Positions 62,554-64,000 of a stretch of DNA of 64,000 nt are shown in pieces (the stretch's first letter is position 1; every line of letters starts with the position of its first letter). The position numbers and the translations under genes are program-made. Below the pieces are notes generated by a model. It was not told the origin of the DNA and did no database searches. It saw only the letters and a list, made by a program, of their open reading frames with translations. Origin of the DNA: Antechinus flavipes (taxonomy: Eukaryota); the NCBI RefSeq assembly GCF_016432865.1, contig NC_067398.1:706800001-706864000 (forward strand). The letters run 5' to 3'.

Positions 62554-63009
62554 ATTTAAGAGATTAGATGTGGTAAATAGAGTGCTTGAAGAATTATGAA
62601 CAGAAAGCCACTACAAAAAAATATTCTAAAGAAAAAGAGCAAAAAAGCAAAAGCTGATGAGCCTTTACAAATATTTGAGGAAGGAAAGAAGGAAAGTGAA
62701 AGTGGAAGGAGAAAGGAAAAGACATACTCGACTGACTGTAGAATTCCAGAGCATTGCAAGAAGAAAGAAAAAGGTTTTCTTTAAAAAAGCAATGTAAAGA
62801 AATAGAAGAAAGCCATAGAACAGGAAAGACAAAAGATCTTTTCAAGGAAATTAGAACTATCAAGGGAAAGTTTTCCGCAAAAATGGGTAATTAAAAGATT
62901 TAACAAATCATAAAAGATTTAATGGTGGGGACTTAACAGAAACCGAAGAGATTAAGAAGAGGTGACAAGAATACACAAAAGAACTTTACAAGAAAGATCT
63001 TAACTTCAT

Positions 63010-63625
63010 CCACATGTAGAACTATCATTGGCAGCAAATGAGAAGTTTTGAATGTTGTTGATCAATTCTCTTATCTTGGCAGTATACTTTCCAGGATGTA
63101 CACACTGATAATGAGGGTGATCCACTCATTCCCAGAGCTAGGTCAGTGTTTGGGAAGCTCTGAAAAAAAGTGAGAGGGAATGGAGGTATTAGACTGACTA
63201 CTCAACTGAAGGTTTTCAGAGTCGCTGTGCTGATTTCATTGTTGTGTTGCCTCTGAAATTAGGAACTGAATTACTTCCATTTGAATTGTCTCATCAAGAT
63301 TCTGAAGATCACCTGGCAGCACAAGACACCAGACGCGGAGGTCCTGTCTCAAACTAAACTTCGGAGCATTCCAACTCTGCTACGGAGAGCACAACTCCAC
63401 TGGCCTGACCACATTGTTCAAATGCCAAGCATACACTTGCCAAAAAGTTTATTTTATGGAGAATTAGCAGAGAGTAAACACTCACAAGAGAGTTAGAAAA
63501 AGTGATACAAAGGCAATCTCAAGGTCTTAAGAACTTTACAATTGATTGCATGGCACAGGAGCCCCCAGCAGGGTGTGCCCTCATTAGAGAAGGCGCTGTG
63601 CTCTATGAGCAAAGCAGAATCTAAG
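63010..63625 (+). mobile_element. RTE LINE fragment (same family as 854-1843), truncated at both ends
   Basis: ORF 63281-63496 (KILKITWQHKTPDAEVLSQTKLRSIPTLLRRAQLHWPDHIVQMP..LPKSLFYGEL). Confidence 0.88.
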
Positions 63626-64000
63626 TAGCTAAAACAACAACAAAAACACAAACAAAACCAAAAACCAAACTAGGAAATGGTGCTTCCTGATTTTGGAATC
63701 CAGATTCTGTGCCTTCACTACCTGTGTGATCTTGGACAAGTCACTTCCAATCCCTAAACATAAAATGAGGTCAGGTAAGCAGATCTCTATGTTCCATTCC
63801 ACTTTTGAATCCTATGCTCCAATTCTTTAGCCAAAGATGAATGAGATTAGAGTAGTGTCAAGCATTCCATTTAGAGATTCTGGAGCTTCAAGTACAACAT
63901 AGGATTTAGGCTGAATAAGGAAAAGCAAAAAACTTGGACTTTGTTCCCTTCTCATCCCCCATCCCCAATTCTGAATGATTTGTATGGCATATTTGTGACT

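Larger units (their letters stand above)
60140..63010 (+). mobile_element. BovB (RTE-clade) LINE, 5' half (endonuclease and linker), fragmented into six pieces
   Basis: Colinear decayed BovB ORF motifs: attgcataggaatctgaaatgt (CIGTWNV); ORF 60281 (GMDEFNSGDYYLFYCGQES); ctcaaaaatgacaggatgat (LKNDRMI); tggatgtcaccagatggtcaata (WTSPDGQ); ttaaattgaagaaagta (LKLKK); ORF 62596 (KKKSKKAK); gagattaagaagaggtgacaagaatacac (EIKKRWQEYT). Confidence 0.88.

Noticed and set aside
51250-64000. Neighbouring gene upstream of SPPL3 (HNF1A/HNF1A-AS1 is the 5' neighbour in human)
   Set aside because: No exon-like or CpG-island sequence seen; the interval is almost entirely repeats.
1-64000. CRISPR arrays, rRNA/tRNA genes, operons, NUMTs, processed pseudogenes, endogenous non-retroviral virus genes
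   Set aside because: No repeat-spacer array, structured RNA gene, mitochondrial-like or viral-like ORF was recognisable. A translated search of the few unassigned blocks would be needed to exclude very decayed copies.

Overview
Eukaryotic (marsupial, most likely dasyurid such as Tasmanian devil) genomic DNA, not a prokaryotic window. The species call is inference from recalled repeat families: Mar1-type CORE-SINEs, marsupial L1 3' ends, RTE/BovB LINEs and an OC1-type hAT. The only gene I can support is SPPL3 (signal peptide peptidase-like 3) on the minus strand. Its CpG-island promoter and first exon lie at ~49.6-50.75 kb. The coding part of exon 1 is 23 nt (49743-49765, MAEQTYSW) followed by a GT donor. 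Bases 1-49742 are therefore intron 1 (exon 2 is not in the window) and 50.75-64 kb is upstream intergenic DNA with a 303-N gap. Nearly all ORFs in the track are decayed retroelements or low-complexity artefacts. I found no convincing new protein-coding system. The best candidates for something undescribed are: (i) a possible translational-control module in the SPPL3 leader, with two Arg-rich uORFs in good Kozak context flanking a (GCC)9 tract, paired E-boxes upstream and a G-run 60-bp tandem duplication abutting the donor; (ii) transposon archaeology, including a BovB 5' half carrying nested L1s, SINEs and an OC1 hAT, an RTE with a 52-bp target-site duplication, an L1 with an apparent 3' transduction, and two hAT MITEs in one target site; (iii) a perfect inverted double octamer inside a putative Tigger-like remnant. 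Repeat family names come from recalled consensus sequences and repeat boundaries are approximate unless a TSD is given.
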